36,900 bases of DNA from a virus (lineage: Duplodnaviria; Caudoviricetes), in IMG/VR virus record IMGVR_UViG_3300037483_000185, positions 1-36,900 of that record; one strand, 5' to 3'. The notes beneath the pieces were generated by a model. It saw nothing but the letters and a program-made list of their open reading frames with translations, was not told the origin of the DNA and did no database searches. Below, piece by piece: positions 1 through 8,576 of the stretch (positions are counted from its first letter, which is position 1; each line of letters begins with the position of its first letter). The position numbers were made by a program, and so were the translations under genes.

Positions 1-47
1 GCGGAGCCAGTAATTTTTCCGTAGAGGGCGGTCGTGAGGTTTTTTAT
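1..47 (-). CDS. 5' end of probable tail-completion/neck protein (runs off window edge), apparent ATA start
   Basis: GGAGGT SD 6 nt upstream of ATA AAA AAC CTC ACG ACC GCC CTC TAC GGA (MKNLTTALYGKITGS), overlapping the TAA of the head-closure gene; position after head closure. Confidence 0.45.
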   Translation of the reverse strand, partial: MKNLTTALYGKITGS

Positions 48-364
48 GACGCCACCTCCCGGCACAGCAGGTCCATGTAGATGCGCCGCTCCTCGAAATC
101 AATGATGGAGACGATGGAGAAGTAGCGGGTACCGTACTTAATTCTCCAGGAGGCAGAAAGCCCTTCGTAATAGCGGATGCGAATCTGATGCGTGATTGTC
201 ATTTGCGGGGCCGCGGCTTGCTTCTGCTCCTTGGCTGAGGTGGGCCAGATCGCCGCGTAAACGGTGTCCTCGGCTGTGTAAACGTTTGTCGTCCCCCCCA
301 TTCCATCGTCTGAGGAGGAAAGCGATTGGAGCTCGACCCGATGGCGAAGGGAACCTATCTGCAT
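44..364 (-). CDS. phage head closure protein (SPP1 gp16/HK97 head-tail adaptor-like)
   Basis: IGSLRHRVELQ, DDGMGG, THQIRIRY, WRIKYGTRYFSIVSIID, LLCRE motifs; follows the connector gene. Confidence 0.85.
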   Translation of the reverse strand: MQIGSLRHRVELQSLSSSDDGMGGTTNVYTAEDTVYAAIWPTSAKEQKQAAAPQMTITHQIRIRYYEGLSASWRIKYGTRYFSIVSIIDFEERRIYMDLLCREVAS

Positions 365-1158
365 TAAAATTCGCCCCAGAGACGTAGCGGGGTGAGGAGT
401 CGATCCACAACTTTATTTTCGACGACGTTCTGCCCTATTCCGAAAACCGGTTCGCCGCGCTGCTCGTACAAGTCCGAACAAATCATTTTTATCGCGGCCT
501 TCAGTTTGTATGGGACCAATGCGGCGCTCGCCCACCCCGAGACATAGCGAATCGTGATCGGATTGCTCGGGAATAGTGTATCGCTCGGCCACGTCCACCC
601 GTACGGGAGTATGATCGCTCCGTAATCATCCCCATTGATCTCGACGATGTACTCCGTGGAGGCGGTCCCCGTGGCGTCATCGGCTACATACGCCGTCGTG
701 ATATCGAACGTGTTCGTGGCGACGTTCGATATCGTCCACGCGCCGTTGTAACTCGTGGTGCCTGAGATATAGACCACATCCCCATCGGCGTACCCATGGG
801 CGGCGGAGGTAACTTTCGTCTTGGTCCCCGAGGATACGGTGGAGTCCGCAAACGCCGTCAGCGTCTTCGTCAGGTTCGTCTCGACGCCATCCGAGTCCTT
901 GTACTTCACGGAGGTCACGGAGGCGAGTTTGCCGAGTGGAAGCGTGATGAAGTCCTCGTCCGGCCACTCATCGAGGAAGTAATCCCACGTCTGCGTCATG
1001 ATAGCCCGACGGGTAGTGTCCTCCACCTGTTCGCGGGCGGCGGTGATGAGAGTGCTGATGTACTCATCCTCGTCATTGGTATCGACGCGGAGATGTGTTT
1101 TTGCATCGGCCACGCTCACAGGTTCCGATGTGGGTGCGGTAACGAGATTACTTTTCAT
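364..1158 (-). CDS. head-tail connector (gp6-like) with a ~70 aa inserted beta domain
   Basis: EPVSVADAKTHLRVD...LITAAREQVE...RAIMTQTW; C-terminal VPYKLKAAIKMICSDLYEQR. Confidence 0.85.
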   Translation of the reverse strand: MKSNLVTAPTSEPVSVADAKTHLRVDTNDEDEYISTLITAAREQVEDTTRRAIMTQTWDYFLDEWPDEDFITLPLGKLASVTSVKYKDSDGVETNLTKTLTAFADSTVSSGTKTKVTSAAHGYADGDVVYISGTTSYNGAWTISNVATNTFDITTAYVADDATGTASTEYIVEINGDDYGAIILPYGWTWPSDTLFPSNPITIRYVSGWASAALVPYKLKAAIKMICSDLYEQRGEPVFGIGQNVVENKVVDRLLTPLRLWGEF

Positions 1159-1161
1159 GGG

Positions 1162-1695
1162 TTATGCCAGATACCCGGCGGGGTTAATTCCGCGATACCG
1201 GCAGGAGGTGACACAGACGGTCGCCGCGTCCGACGCTCCACCGGCGATCGTCAACTGAATCTTGCTGCCGACCGGGAGGGCGAATGGCGTGGCGTAGGTG
1301 AACGCCGCGTTCGCCGCCAGGTTCGCCACCGCGCCCGCCGTCGCCGACAAGAGCGTGACAACCGTCGTGGTGTCGGTCTGTATGGAGATGGAGGTGATGG
1401 CCGCGTCGTCCGTCACGTCGACGTTCGGCAGGGTGATGCTAAAGTATTCGACGTAGACCGACCCGCCGGTAGCGGTGAACAGGTCGTAGGTGGCCGCCGC
1501 CTGCTGGAGGTCGATCGACCCCGGCTGGACGACGGAGTTCTCGCTGTACGCCATCCAGTTCGTCCCGTCATACGTCTTAAAGAGAGTTCCGGTGTCGTAC
1601 GCCCAGAAAGTCGACCCCGGCTTGACGCTGGTCGGCTTCGTGTCCGTCGACAGGCCGATGTAATTCTGAATTACAGTTACGAGTCGAACCGTCAT
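1162..1695 (-). CDS. hypothetical virion structural protein
   Basis: 177 aa Thr/Ala-rich ORF in head-neck operon; N-terminal GLSTDTKP...GSTFWAYDTG motif. Confidence 0.6.
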   Translation of the reverse strand: MTVRLVTVIQNYIGLSTDTKPTSVKPGSTFWAYDTGTLFKTYDGTNWMAYSENSVVQPGSIDLQQAAATYDLFTATGGSVYVEYFSITLPNVDVTDDAAITSISIQTDTTTVVTLLSATAGAVANLAANAAFTYATPFALPVGSKIQLTIAGGASDAATVCVTSCRYRGINPAGYLA

Positions 1696-1712
1696 TGTTG
1701 TTTCCCTTCATA

Positions 1713-1745
1713 AAGGCGGGGAGTCCAATTTACCTCCCCGCCCCG
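1713..1745 (-). terminator. GC-rich hairpin, possible terminator or processing stem
   Basis: GGCGGGGAG...CTCCCCGCC followed by TTTATG on minus; near-identical stem at 3843-3868. Confidence 0.4.
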
Positions 1746-1757
1746 TCAGGTGGTTAG

Positions 1758-2501
1758 TTACCGAGGACTCCAGACCCTCACGTAGTCGATGTCCAGTTTC
1801 CCGACGCCCGTGCTTGTTTCCTTGTGGACCATAAAGAAAGGTTGAGTCATCACGTTGGAACTAGCGGACAGATCGTGGGTAGTCCCGGTACCGACTCCGA
1901 CTCCATCGATGTAAAACTTCACGTCGGCGACGTTTGTGCAGTCGATCCGGTAGATATTGAACGCCCCCTCGACCGCCGTCACTCCGGTCGCGGTTCCGTC
2001 CGTATCGGTAGTCGTGTCATCGGTGTAGATCGCTGGAGTAAGGTTGGCATCGAAGGCGAAAAACGCATGGACCGTAGGCCCCGCGTCGGCTTCGATGATC
2101 GGGCCCTCGACGTAGGCGTTTGCCAGACCGAAGTACATCTCCGTCTGACCCGTCCCGGTAAGTCGTACCGCGACTCTCGCCTCGAAGATCGGCCCCTTAT
2201 CGAGATTGAAATTCAGGGCGTCGCCCCAATAGATCCCGGCCTCCTCCTTCTCGTTCTGCCCCCCGTCCACTTCCAGAGTCACAACGCCCCCGGGTTGATT
2301 GGCACGGATCGCCTCGACGGGGGTTCCGAGTGTCGTGGTATGCTTAACCGTCCATCCCTCGACACCGGTAGCCGCCGTCCTGAGTTGGGTATTTACGAAG
2401 TCGTCGTAGAACGTGATCGGGGCGAGAGGTTCGACCGTCTCAAAAGTTGACCCGCTGAAAAACGTCAGAATGCCGTTTACCCATTTTGATTTCGTCGCCA
2501 T
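1758..2501 (-). CDS. putative capsid-associated beta-sandwich (lectin/ConA-like) protein, paralog 2
   Basis: FYDDF...PIFEAR...VKFYIDG...IDYVRVW pattern; tandem paralog of 2505-3242. Confidence 0.6.
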   Translation of the reverse strand: MATKSKWVNGILTFFSGSTFETVEPLAPITFYDDFVNTQLRTAATGVEGWTVKHTTTLGTPVEAIRANQPGGVVTLEVDGGQNEKEEAGIYWGDALNFNLDKGPIFEARVAVRLTGTGQTEMYFGLANAYVEGPIIEADAGPTVHAFFAFDANLTPAIYTDDTTTDTDGTATGVTAVEGAFNIYRIDCTNVADVKFYIDGVGVGTGTTHDLSASSNVMTQPFFMVHKETSTGVGKLDIDYVRVWSPR

Positions 2502-2504
2502 GAC

Positions 2505-3242
2505 TTATCTCCCGCTCCACACGCGGACGTAGTCGATGTTGATCGTGCCAAGGCCGGTGCCGGTTTCCTTGTGGGCCATGATGAACGGTTGCAACACTAC
2601 GTTCGTGCCGCTAGACATATCGAACGTGGTGCCTGTGCCAACACCAACTCCGTCGATATAGAACTTCACATCCGCCGCGTTCGTCATGTCGATGCGGAAG
2701 ATGTTGTACGCACCGGTCGTCGCTGTTACGCCCGTCGCTACGGCGTCGTTATCCGTGGCGGTATCGTCCGTATGGATCGTGGGGGTCAATGCACCGTCAA
2801 AGCAGAAGAACGCATGGACGGTCGGCCCTGCATCCGCTTCAGCAATAGGGCCTTCGACGTAAGCGTTCGCCAAACCGAAGTAGATTTCCGCCTGATCGGT
2901 CGGCGCAACTGCTACATTGGCGCGACATTCGAAGATCGGCCCCTTATCAATGTTCCAGTTCAGGGCATCGCCCCAATAAATTCCCGACTCCTGCTTCTCG
3001 TTGGTAGCCGCAAGAGCTTCCCGGAAGATACCGCCGTGCTGATTAGCGACGATTAACCCCGCCGTGGTGGGCGTACCCGTGGTCTTGCGGGTCCAACCCT
3101 CGACACCCGCCGCTGCGATAGTCGCCATCGTATTCAGGAAGTCGTCGTAGAACACTACAGGCGCGAGCGGCTTGACCGTCTCAAAGGCAGAATCGTTGAA
3201 GAACGTCAGAATCCCGTTTATCCATTTGGATCTTGTAGACAT
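2505..3242 (-). CDS. putative capsid-associated beta-sandwich protein, paralog 1
   Basis: Shares near-identical blocks with 1758-2501 (GIYWGDALN, DKGPIFE, YFGLANAYVEGPI.EADAGPTVHAFF). Confidence 0.6.
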   Translation of the reverse strand: MSTRSKWINGILTFFNDSAFETVKPLAPVVFYDDFLNTMATIAAAGVEGWTRKTTGTPTTAGLIVANQHGGIFREALAATNEKQESGIYWGDALNWNIDKGPIFECRANVAVAPTDQAEIYFGLANAYVEGPIAEADAGPTVHAFFCFDGALTPTIHTDDTATDNDAVATGVTATTGAYNIFRIDMTNAADVKFYIDGVGVGTGTTFDMSSGTNVVLQPFIMAHKETGTGLGTINIDYVRVWSGR

Positions 3243-3341
3243 GCACGTCTCCTTCTGGTCCCTTCAAGGGACCGGCCCGCAGGCCAGAAGTAGGACGGGG
3301 AGCCGAAGCCCCCCGTCCAGTCAGTTGCTATGGTTGATTGA

Positions 3342-3818
3342 CTACGCTACCGCGGTCGGAGGCGTCGCCTGCTGATACCGCGCGCCGTCGAGGATGTAAA
3401 GCGCGGAGACGAAGTTCGAGGCGTGACCGGCATCGGTGCCGAGCTGGATCCAGTCGTACCCGGCGGACAGGATCGCGGCCGGTACGTACATGACGACGAG
3501 GTAGGACCCGCCGCCATCGCTGTCGATCGTGTAGCCGAGGCCGTCGGTCTGCTTGACCATCGTGTCGTTGGTCGCGGTCGCCGCGTTCACCCAGATCGGG
3601 AACTCGGCGCCGGTGGTGATCGCCGTGGTCCCGGTCCCGGTCGTCCCTTCGTGGACCGTGAGCACCACATCGTTGTCGCTGGTTCCGGCGTGCTGGACAA
3701 TGATCCAGCACCCCTTCGCGTTCTTCAGGCAAACCCAATCCGCCGCATCTGCGATGCCATCTGCCCCCTGCGGATCAAGGGCCACAATTACCGGCAAGGT
3801 TTCGGGAATCATGCTCAT
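3342..3818 (-). CDS. putative head decoration/cementing protein
   Basis: 158 aa, immediately after major capsid, strong SD AAGGAGG, ends LDGARY. Confidence 0.55.
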   Translation of the reverse strand: MSMIPETLPVIVALDPQGADGIADAADWVCLKNAKGCWIIVQHAGTSDNDVVLTVHEGTTGTGTTAITTGAEFPIWVNAATATNDTMVKQTDGLGYTIDSDGGGSYLVVMYVPAAILSAGYDWIQLGTDAGHASNFVSALYILDGARYQQATPPTAVA

Positions 3819-3842
3819 TTGGTAATTCCTCCTTCATGGAAA

Positions 3843-3868
3843 TGGCGGGGAGGTTCACTCCCTGCCGT
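3843..3868 (-). terminator. hairpin after major capsid gene
   Basis: GGCAGGGAG-tgaac-CTCCCCGCC on minus followed by ATTTC. Confidence 0.4.
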
Positions 3869-3879
3869 TCAGTTGATTG

Positions 3880-4787
3880 TTACGCCCTGCTATCGAGCAC
3901 GATGAAGTGCGACTGAGTCGATCCACCCTTGTATGGTGTGAGGGCTGAGGCCCGGACTGGCTGGCCATCGGTCCGCATGACGAACCGGAAGACCGACTCG
4001 TCATAGATGAACCGGACGTGGATGCTCATGTCGCTCTTGATCCCGCCCTTCTCGGCGATGACGTAACCGTTGGGGAAGTTCGCAAGGATCAGGTCGCCAG
4101 CCGTGCCAAGCGCGGCTGCCTGCTCGATCGCCAGTGCAGGGAGACCCTTGATGCGACCGTACGGAGTATCGCTCAATCCACCCGGAGGCAGATAGACGGG
4201 GATCCCACCCGTACCTACTGCATAAGACATCTGCGACAACTGCGGTTCGATGGTCTGATTATAGAGCCACACATAGTTGGACGTCTGCGATGCAAACCGG
4301 CGTGCAAACATCTTGTCGATATTCTCGGCAACGATCGTTGCCGCATTCTGTCCCGTCTCCTTCGCCACGCTGACAAGGCACGAAGCGTTCAGGATGCCGA
4401 GAGGCTGGCCGGCGCCGGTTCCGTTGACGATTGCATCGTCCATCAGGAACCCGAACTCACCCACGAACCCGTCACGGATGAATCCCTCTAGGGCCGCAGC
4501 GTCGTCAAGCAACTCATCGGTCGCGTAGCAGAGGCCGATGAGCTTGTTGAGGTTCAGTTCGATCTTGCGGAACTTCGGGGCGGACTTGGTCTTCAGTTCC
4601 GCTTCGCTCGCCCAGTAGCCGACGATCCCACCGTAGCGGGTAGAGACACGGGAGGTCTCATCGACACCGTTGATCTTCATGCTGTTGGCATTGCCGCTGA
4701 TCGGCTGCCGGCGGCACCGGGAAGCGAGAACGCCAGTCTGGAACACGTCCTGCAACAGGTCGGTCGCGAAATCTTGCTGAACCAGAA
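3880..4787 (-). CDS. major capsid protein (HK97 fold), exon 2
   Basis: TDELLDDA, GTGAGQPLGIL, GDLILANF, FRFVMRTDG motifs; joins exon 1 to give SDGGF-LVQQDF (438 aa spliced). Confidence 0.9.
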
Positions 4788-5511
4788 CGATCCATCCCCA
4801 GACTTTCGAAAGGGGTCGGACTATATCATCACAGTTTGAAACAACGAATAGCGACCGTCAGAACTGTTTCTCCGGCTTTCGGATTTTTGCCGGTTCAATT
4901 CGCTATTCGCCAACTGCGCCTCGCGTGTAGTCTCTGAGGTTCCCCGTTTTTGCTTGGCAATACAGGATTCAACAATCTGTGCCTCCCGTTCGGTCATTAC
5001 GTTGTGATGACTTCCGGGAATCCAGGTCCGCAGTCTCGACTGGCAATACTCAAGGACCAATTCGCCCCTCTCTTTTTTCATGCCAGTTAAATACGGATTT
5101 ACCAACTCCAACACCGGGATGAGCTTATTCATTCGATGGACGATCAATACCCATACAATCTTCGACTTGGGCTTATTCCTTATCCCATAGCCGTGAGTCC
5201 TGATGTATGGATTCACGCCAACCTTTTGAATAATTTTCTTGGCCTTCAAGATCATGGCCTCATCTGTGTTGGATACCTGGAGTGCACACGAATAACTCGG
5301 ATGGCATCGGCGGGTCTTGTATTCTGATATCCCGATATATCCTTCGCCATCTATAAATCCTGCAAGCCAACCAATTTCAATCTGGGTTACCTGCTGATTG
5401 CCTATTTCGGCCGTAGCCTCATCCTCAAGGATTTTCGCATAGGTAGCACCTTGGGCTTTAAGGGGTTCCAGCAAATAGCGAGGTTTCATGTGGGCCTCTG
5501 GCTTTACGCTA
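4788..5511 (-). mobile_element. group I intron (724 nt) in major capsid gene
   Basis: 5' exon ends in U (GTGGGT pairs GCCCAC, U.G wobble, P1); IGS AGCCAGAG pairs 3' exon TTCTGGTT (P10); P TTGCTGGAA, Q AATCAGCAGG, R CTCAGAGACTACA, S ATGATATAGTCC; terminal G at 4788; splicing restores frame. Confidence 0.92.
4821..5489 (-). CDS. intron-encoded single-motif LAGLIDADG homing endonuclease
   Basis: WLAGFIDGEG motif, LQVSNTD, PYLTGMK; lies inside the intron. Confidence 0.88.
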   Translation of the reverse strand: MKPRYLLEPLKAQGATYAKILEDEATAEIGNQQVTQIEIGWLAGFIDGEGYIGISEYKTRRCHPSYSCALQVSNTDEAMILKAKKIIQKVGVNPYIRTHGYGIRNKPKSKIVWVLIVHRMNKLIPVLELVNPYLTGMKKERGELVLEYCQSRLRTWIPGSHHNVMTEREAQIVESCIAKQKRGTSETTREAQLANSELNRQKSESRRNSSDGRYSLFQTVMI

Positions 5512-5920
5512 ACCCACCATCCGACGGAACGCTTTCGGACATCCCGGAAGCGGCGGCGGCACGGAACAACCTCGGGTCGGTATGGCCGTTGGGCAGACCC
5601 GCCCGCATGACGGCGGCCATCTGCTCGCCGAACGAAAGGAACTTGTCCTTCTTCTCGGCACCTTCCGGCCGAGCATGACCCTGCGGCGTAGGCCGGGTGA
5701 TCGGGGCAGGGGTGGCGGCCAATGACGCCGTCATCCTCTCCTGACGCTCCTGTGTGGCGATGATCGTCTGGAGTTCGTCGACGTTGTCCATGAGTTCGGT
5801 CTTGAGCTTGATCTCGGTTTCGGAAGGATCACGCCCCTCTGCAACCAACTTCGCGTCGATGTCACCGACCTTCTTGACAAGGCGGGCGAGGTCTTCGCGG
5901 TATCCGGAAATGGTCTTCAT
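5512..5920 (-). CDS. major capsid protein exon 1 (coiled-coil delta/scaffold domain)
   Basis: SD GAGGAG, coiled-coil N-terminus, FLSFGEQMAAV...DPRL...GMSESVPSDGG. Confidence 0.88.
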
Positions 5921-5936
5921 TTGGCATTTCTCCTCT

Positions 5937-7022
5937 TCAGAATTGTGATGGAACTTCTTTTTCTGCCCTGAGATACAACTCCATGTACCGATCCGTCGGG
6001 ACTATTGGCGGATCTGGAGTTACAGCGGCGGCCACAATCGGCGTCGGCAGAGGCGTCTCCACACCAGGCGGAGGGTCTGTCACCGGGGGGGCTGTATCGT
6101 CCGCGCCAGCATCACGCAGGCCGTCCGAATAGCCTTTCGCAAGAATGGTTTTTGCCGCTTTCCGACTGCACCCTACATCACGCAGGGCGTGTTCACATTC
6201 TTTCAGAGAAGGAGTCTCCTTCTTCCCATTGATGACTTGGGGGATATGCTTGAAACCTAACTTCGCCAAGACTGGAGCGAAACTGGCGCAGGCGGCCATG
6301 TCCATCTCGAGGCCGACTTCATCGCAGAACCCGGCCTCCATCGCCTCGTCCGCATCCATATACGTCTCGGCATCCATCAATGCTTTTATTTCCGCCTCGG
6401 TCTTCCCGCATTTCTCCATGTAGGCGCCCATCATCGTCCCGCATACCTTGTCAAGGACATCTGCGGTCTTCCGCATATCATCCGAGGTGCCGAACGCCAT
6501 GCCGGAGGGGTTGTGCAGCATGAACAGCGAGTTCGCCGCCATGATGATCCGGTCGCCGGCCAAGGCGATGACGGAGGCGATGGATGCCGCAATGCCGTCG
6601 ATGTATGTATGGACCGTGGCGGGATGACGCTTGATCGCGTTGTAGATCGCGGCACCCTCGAAGACCGCCCCACCGGGACTGTTGATGTGCATATCGATAT
6701 GCGGAGACTTGATCGCGTTGATCTCCGCAAGGAACTCTTTCGCTCCGATGCCCTCGCCGAACCAGTTCTTACCGATTTCGTCGTAGAGCCAGATCTCGGA
6801 TTTATCGGCCTTTGCGGTGATCTCGAACCAGCATCTCGTTTTGCCTTTGCCGTCATCCCTCGTTGCCATGGCAGACTCCTTTTCCTTTTTGCCGTCCTCC
6901 CACATGGAATTGCACATGGCGTTTGCCTGTGAGTCGTCTTCTGCCGTGCCTTCCTTGAGCACCATGGGGATGCAGCGATCCATGAAATCCTTTTTCTTCT
7001 CACCCTTCTTGGGCATTGGCAT
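5937..7022 (-). CDS. ClpP-like (peptidase S14) head maturation protease
   Basis: INSPGG, IDGIAASIASVIA, FMLHNP, ETYMDADEAMEAGFCD; between portal and capsid. Confidence 0.9.
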   Translation of the reverse strand: MPMPKKGEKKKDFMDRCIPMVLKEGTAEDDSQANAMCNSMWEDGKKEKESAMATRDDGKGKTRCWFEITAKADKSEIWLYDEIGKNWFGEGIGAKEFLAEINAIKSPHIDMHINSPGGAVFEGAAIYNAIKRHPATVHTYIDGIAASIASVIALAGDRIIMAANSLFMLHNPSGMAFGTSDDMRKTADVLDKVCGTMMGAYMEKCGKTEAEIKALMDAETYMDADEAMEAGFCDEVGLEMDMAACASFAPVLAKLGFKHIPQVINGKKETPSLKECEHALRDVGCSRKAAKTILAKGYSDGLRDAGADDTAPPVTDPPPGVETPLPTPIVAAAVTPDPPIVPTDRYMELYLRAEKEVPSQF

Positions 7023-7026
7023 TTTT

Positions 7027-8325
7027 CTACCTCACGGGCTTTTCTGTTGGTTTACTGGCGGGTGGTAATGCGGGTTGCAACTGTTGCTTGAGTTTTTCCT
7101 GGAATTGCTCTTTCACCATGCTCAGGGGGACCATGTTCAACGGGACAAAGTGCTCGTCACCCCCAGGGATCGGATCCTTGCCCTCGTATGCCCGGATCTC
7201 GTTGTCGCTCAGCGCACCGATCATGAACAGCGAGTTGTAGTACGCAGCCCTTGCCGCAGTATCGGCCCGCAGGATGCCTTCCGCGTTGTGCTTGAAGTAC
7301 AACCTCCCTCGACCCGAATATTCCTTGTCGCTAGGGGAAAGAAGTTGCTGGTTGTAGCATTGCTCCAGTCGCACGAGCCACGGGAGGATGGAGTCGCTAT
7401 AGAATGACTGCTGCTCCGACTCGATGTTCGAGAAGGAGCTTTTAGTCATCTCTTTCAGTTTATGAACTGGAAGATTGAACCATCTCGCAACTTCATCAAT
7501 CTGGAAGGTCCGGCTCTCCAAGAATTGACTATCTTCCGGAGGTATCCCAATCTTCTCGATCTTCATGTTCTCTTCGAGAAGCATGAGGCGATGTGTCTTA
7601 CCGAGGCCAGAATAAGCGCCGGTCAGCGAGTCCCGCAACTTCGTCGGATCCTTGAGTACCCCGGGGTGTGATACGACTACCCCTGGATGCGTCCCCTGCC
7701 CGAAGTAAAGCGCACCAAACGTCTCCAGCGCCATACTTAGGCCGATGGACTTGCGGGCCATTGCAATGACGCTGTACCCCGTGAACCCGTCAAATCCCAA
7801 TCCCGGGATGTGCAGGACCTTCTCGCGGGGGAGATATTTATCCTGATTGTCTACGCGGATTTTGTAGACGAGGTTCCCGCCCTTCATCTCGGGGGTAATG
7901 CGGTCGGGGGTGATCGGCCACAACTCCACCACTTCCCCGTAACCATTTCGGTTGATCTCCGCGTAACCGTTGCCCCACGTAAGGACATGTGTCATCAGGC
8001 ATTCACGGCCGGCCATAGCTGTCATATATGGGTTGAATTCATCGTGAAGGACCCGGTACATCCGGCGGTCATCGGCGATGCGCTTCGTCTCGACCTTTTT
8101 GCCGTCTTTCAATTCGCTTTTCTTCTGCATCAGGTGGCATGGCAGCGCCCCGACGGTGCCCCCATAAAGCGTGACGGCGTTATAGACGGCGGAGTAGGTA
8201 AGGGCTGTATCTTCGGTAACAACTTCCCCCGACAGGGATTGCGACCCCCGCAGGTTCCATAACGAGCGATCCCAACTCTTCGGATCGGTAACGGATAGGG
8301 CGCGGATTGACTTGAGAATACCCAT
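7027..8325 (-). CDS. portal protein, HK97 family
   Basis: WGNGYAEI, VLHIPGLGFDGFTGYS, QFLESR, SFSNIE, NEIRAYEG. Confidence 0.93.
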   Translation of the reverse strand: MGILKSIRALSVTDPKSWDRSLWNLRGSQSLSGEVVTEDTALTYSAVYNAVTLYGGTVGALPCHLMQKKSELKDGKKVETKRIADDRRMYRVLHDEFNPYMTAMAGRECLMTHVLTWGNGYAEINRNGYGEVVELWPITPDRITPEMKGGNLVYKIRVDNQDKYLPREKVLHIPGLGFDGFTGYSVIAMARKSIGLSMALETFGALYFGQGTHPGVVVSHPGVLKDPTKLRDSLTGAYSGLGKTHRLMLLEENMKIEKIGIPPEDSQFLESRTFQIDEVARWFNLPVHKLKEMTKSSFSNIESEQQSFYSDSILPWLVRLEQCYNQQLLSPSDKEYSGRGRLYFKHNAEGILRADTAARAAYYNSLFMIGALSDNEIRAYEGKDPIPGGDEHFVPLNMVPLSMVKEQFQEKLKQQLQPALPPASKPTEKPVR

Positions 8326-8510
8326 CAGCCCTCATCCTTCCCGGGGAACATTCCGATCGCCAATAGGATCGCGCCGCACACCGTGAAGGCGATCCACGGG
8401 CGAAATTGGTAGAGGCCGTATCCCATCAACCCGAGGCCGCCGAAGATGAAGCAATCGCGGAGATCGATCGCCTTGCGGATGGACTCCCATATTTTCGTGA
8501 GTCGGATCAT
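8325..8510 (-). CDS. small two-TM membrane protein preceding portal
   Basis: Two hydrophobic stretches, SD GGAGG, TGATG overlap with portal. Confidence 0.65.
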   Translation of the reverse strand: MIRLTKIWESIRKAIDLRDCFIFGGLGLMGYGLYQFRPWIAFTVCGAILLAIGMFPGKDEG

Positions 8511-8530
8511 TAATCCTCCGGAGCGAAAAT

Positions 8531-8553
8531 AAAAAGTCCGCCGAAGCGGACCT
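8531..8553 (-). terminator. rho-independent terminator after free-standing endonuclease
   Basis: GTCCGC-TTCG-GCGGAC followed by TTTTTATTTT on minus. Confidence 0.75.
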
Positions 8554-8576
8554 GTAGGTCATTCTTTGAGGAGCGG

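Noticed and set aside
1758-3242. DGR template/variable repeat pair
   Set aside because: Both copies are full intact genes, differences are not adenine-specific, and no reverse transcriptase is in the window
5504-5511. Frameshift or pseudogene explanation for the split capsid gene
   Set aside because: Complete group I intron signatures restore the frame exactly
796-8262. Long plus-strand ORFs (e.g. 796-1713, 1824-2450, 4018-4491)
   Set aside because: Antisense shadows of GC-rich structural genes with no SD or recognisable motifs
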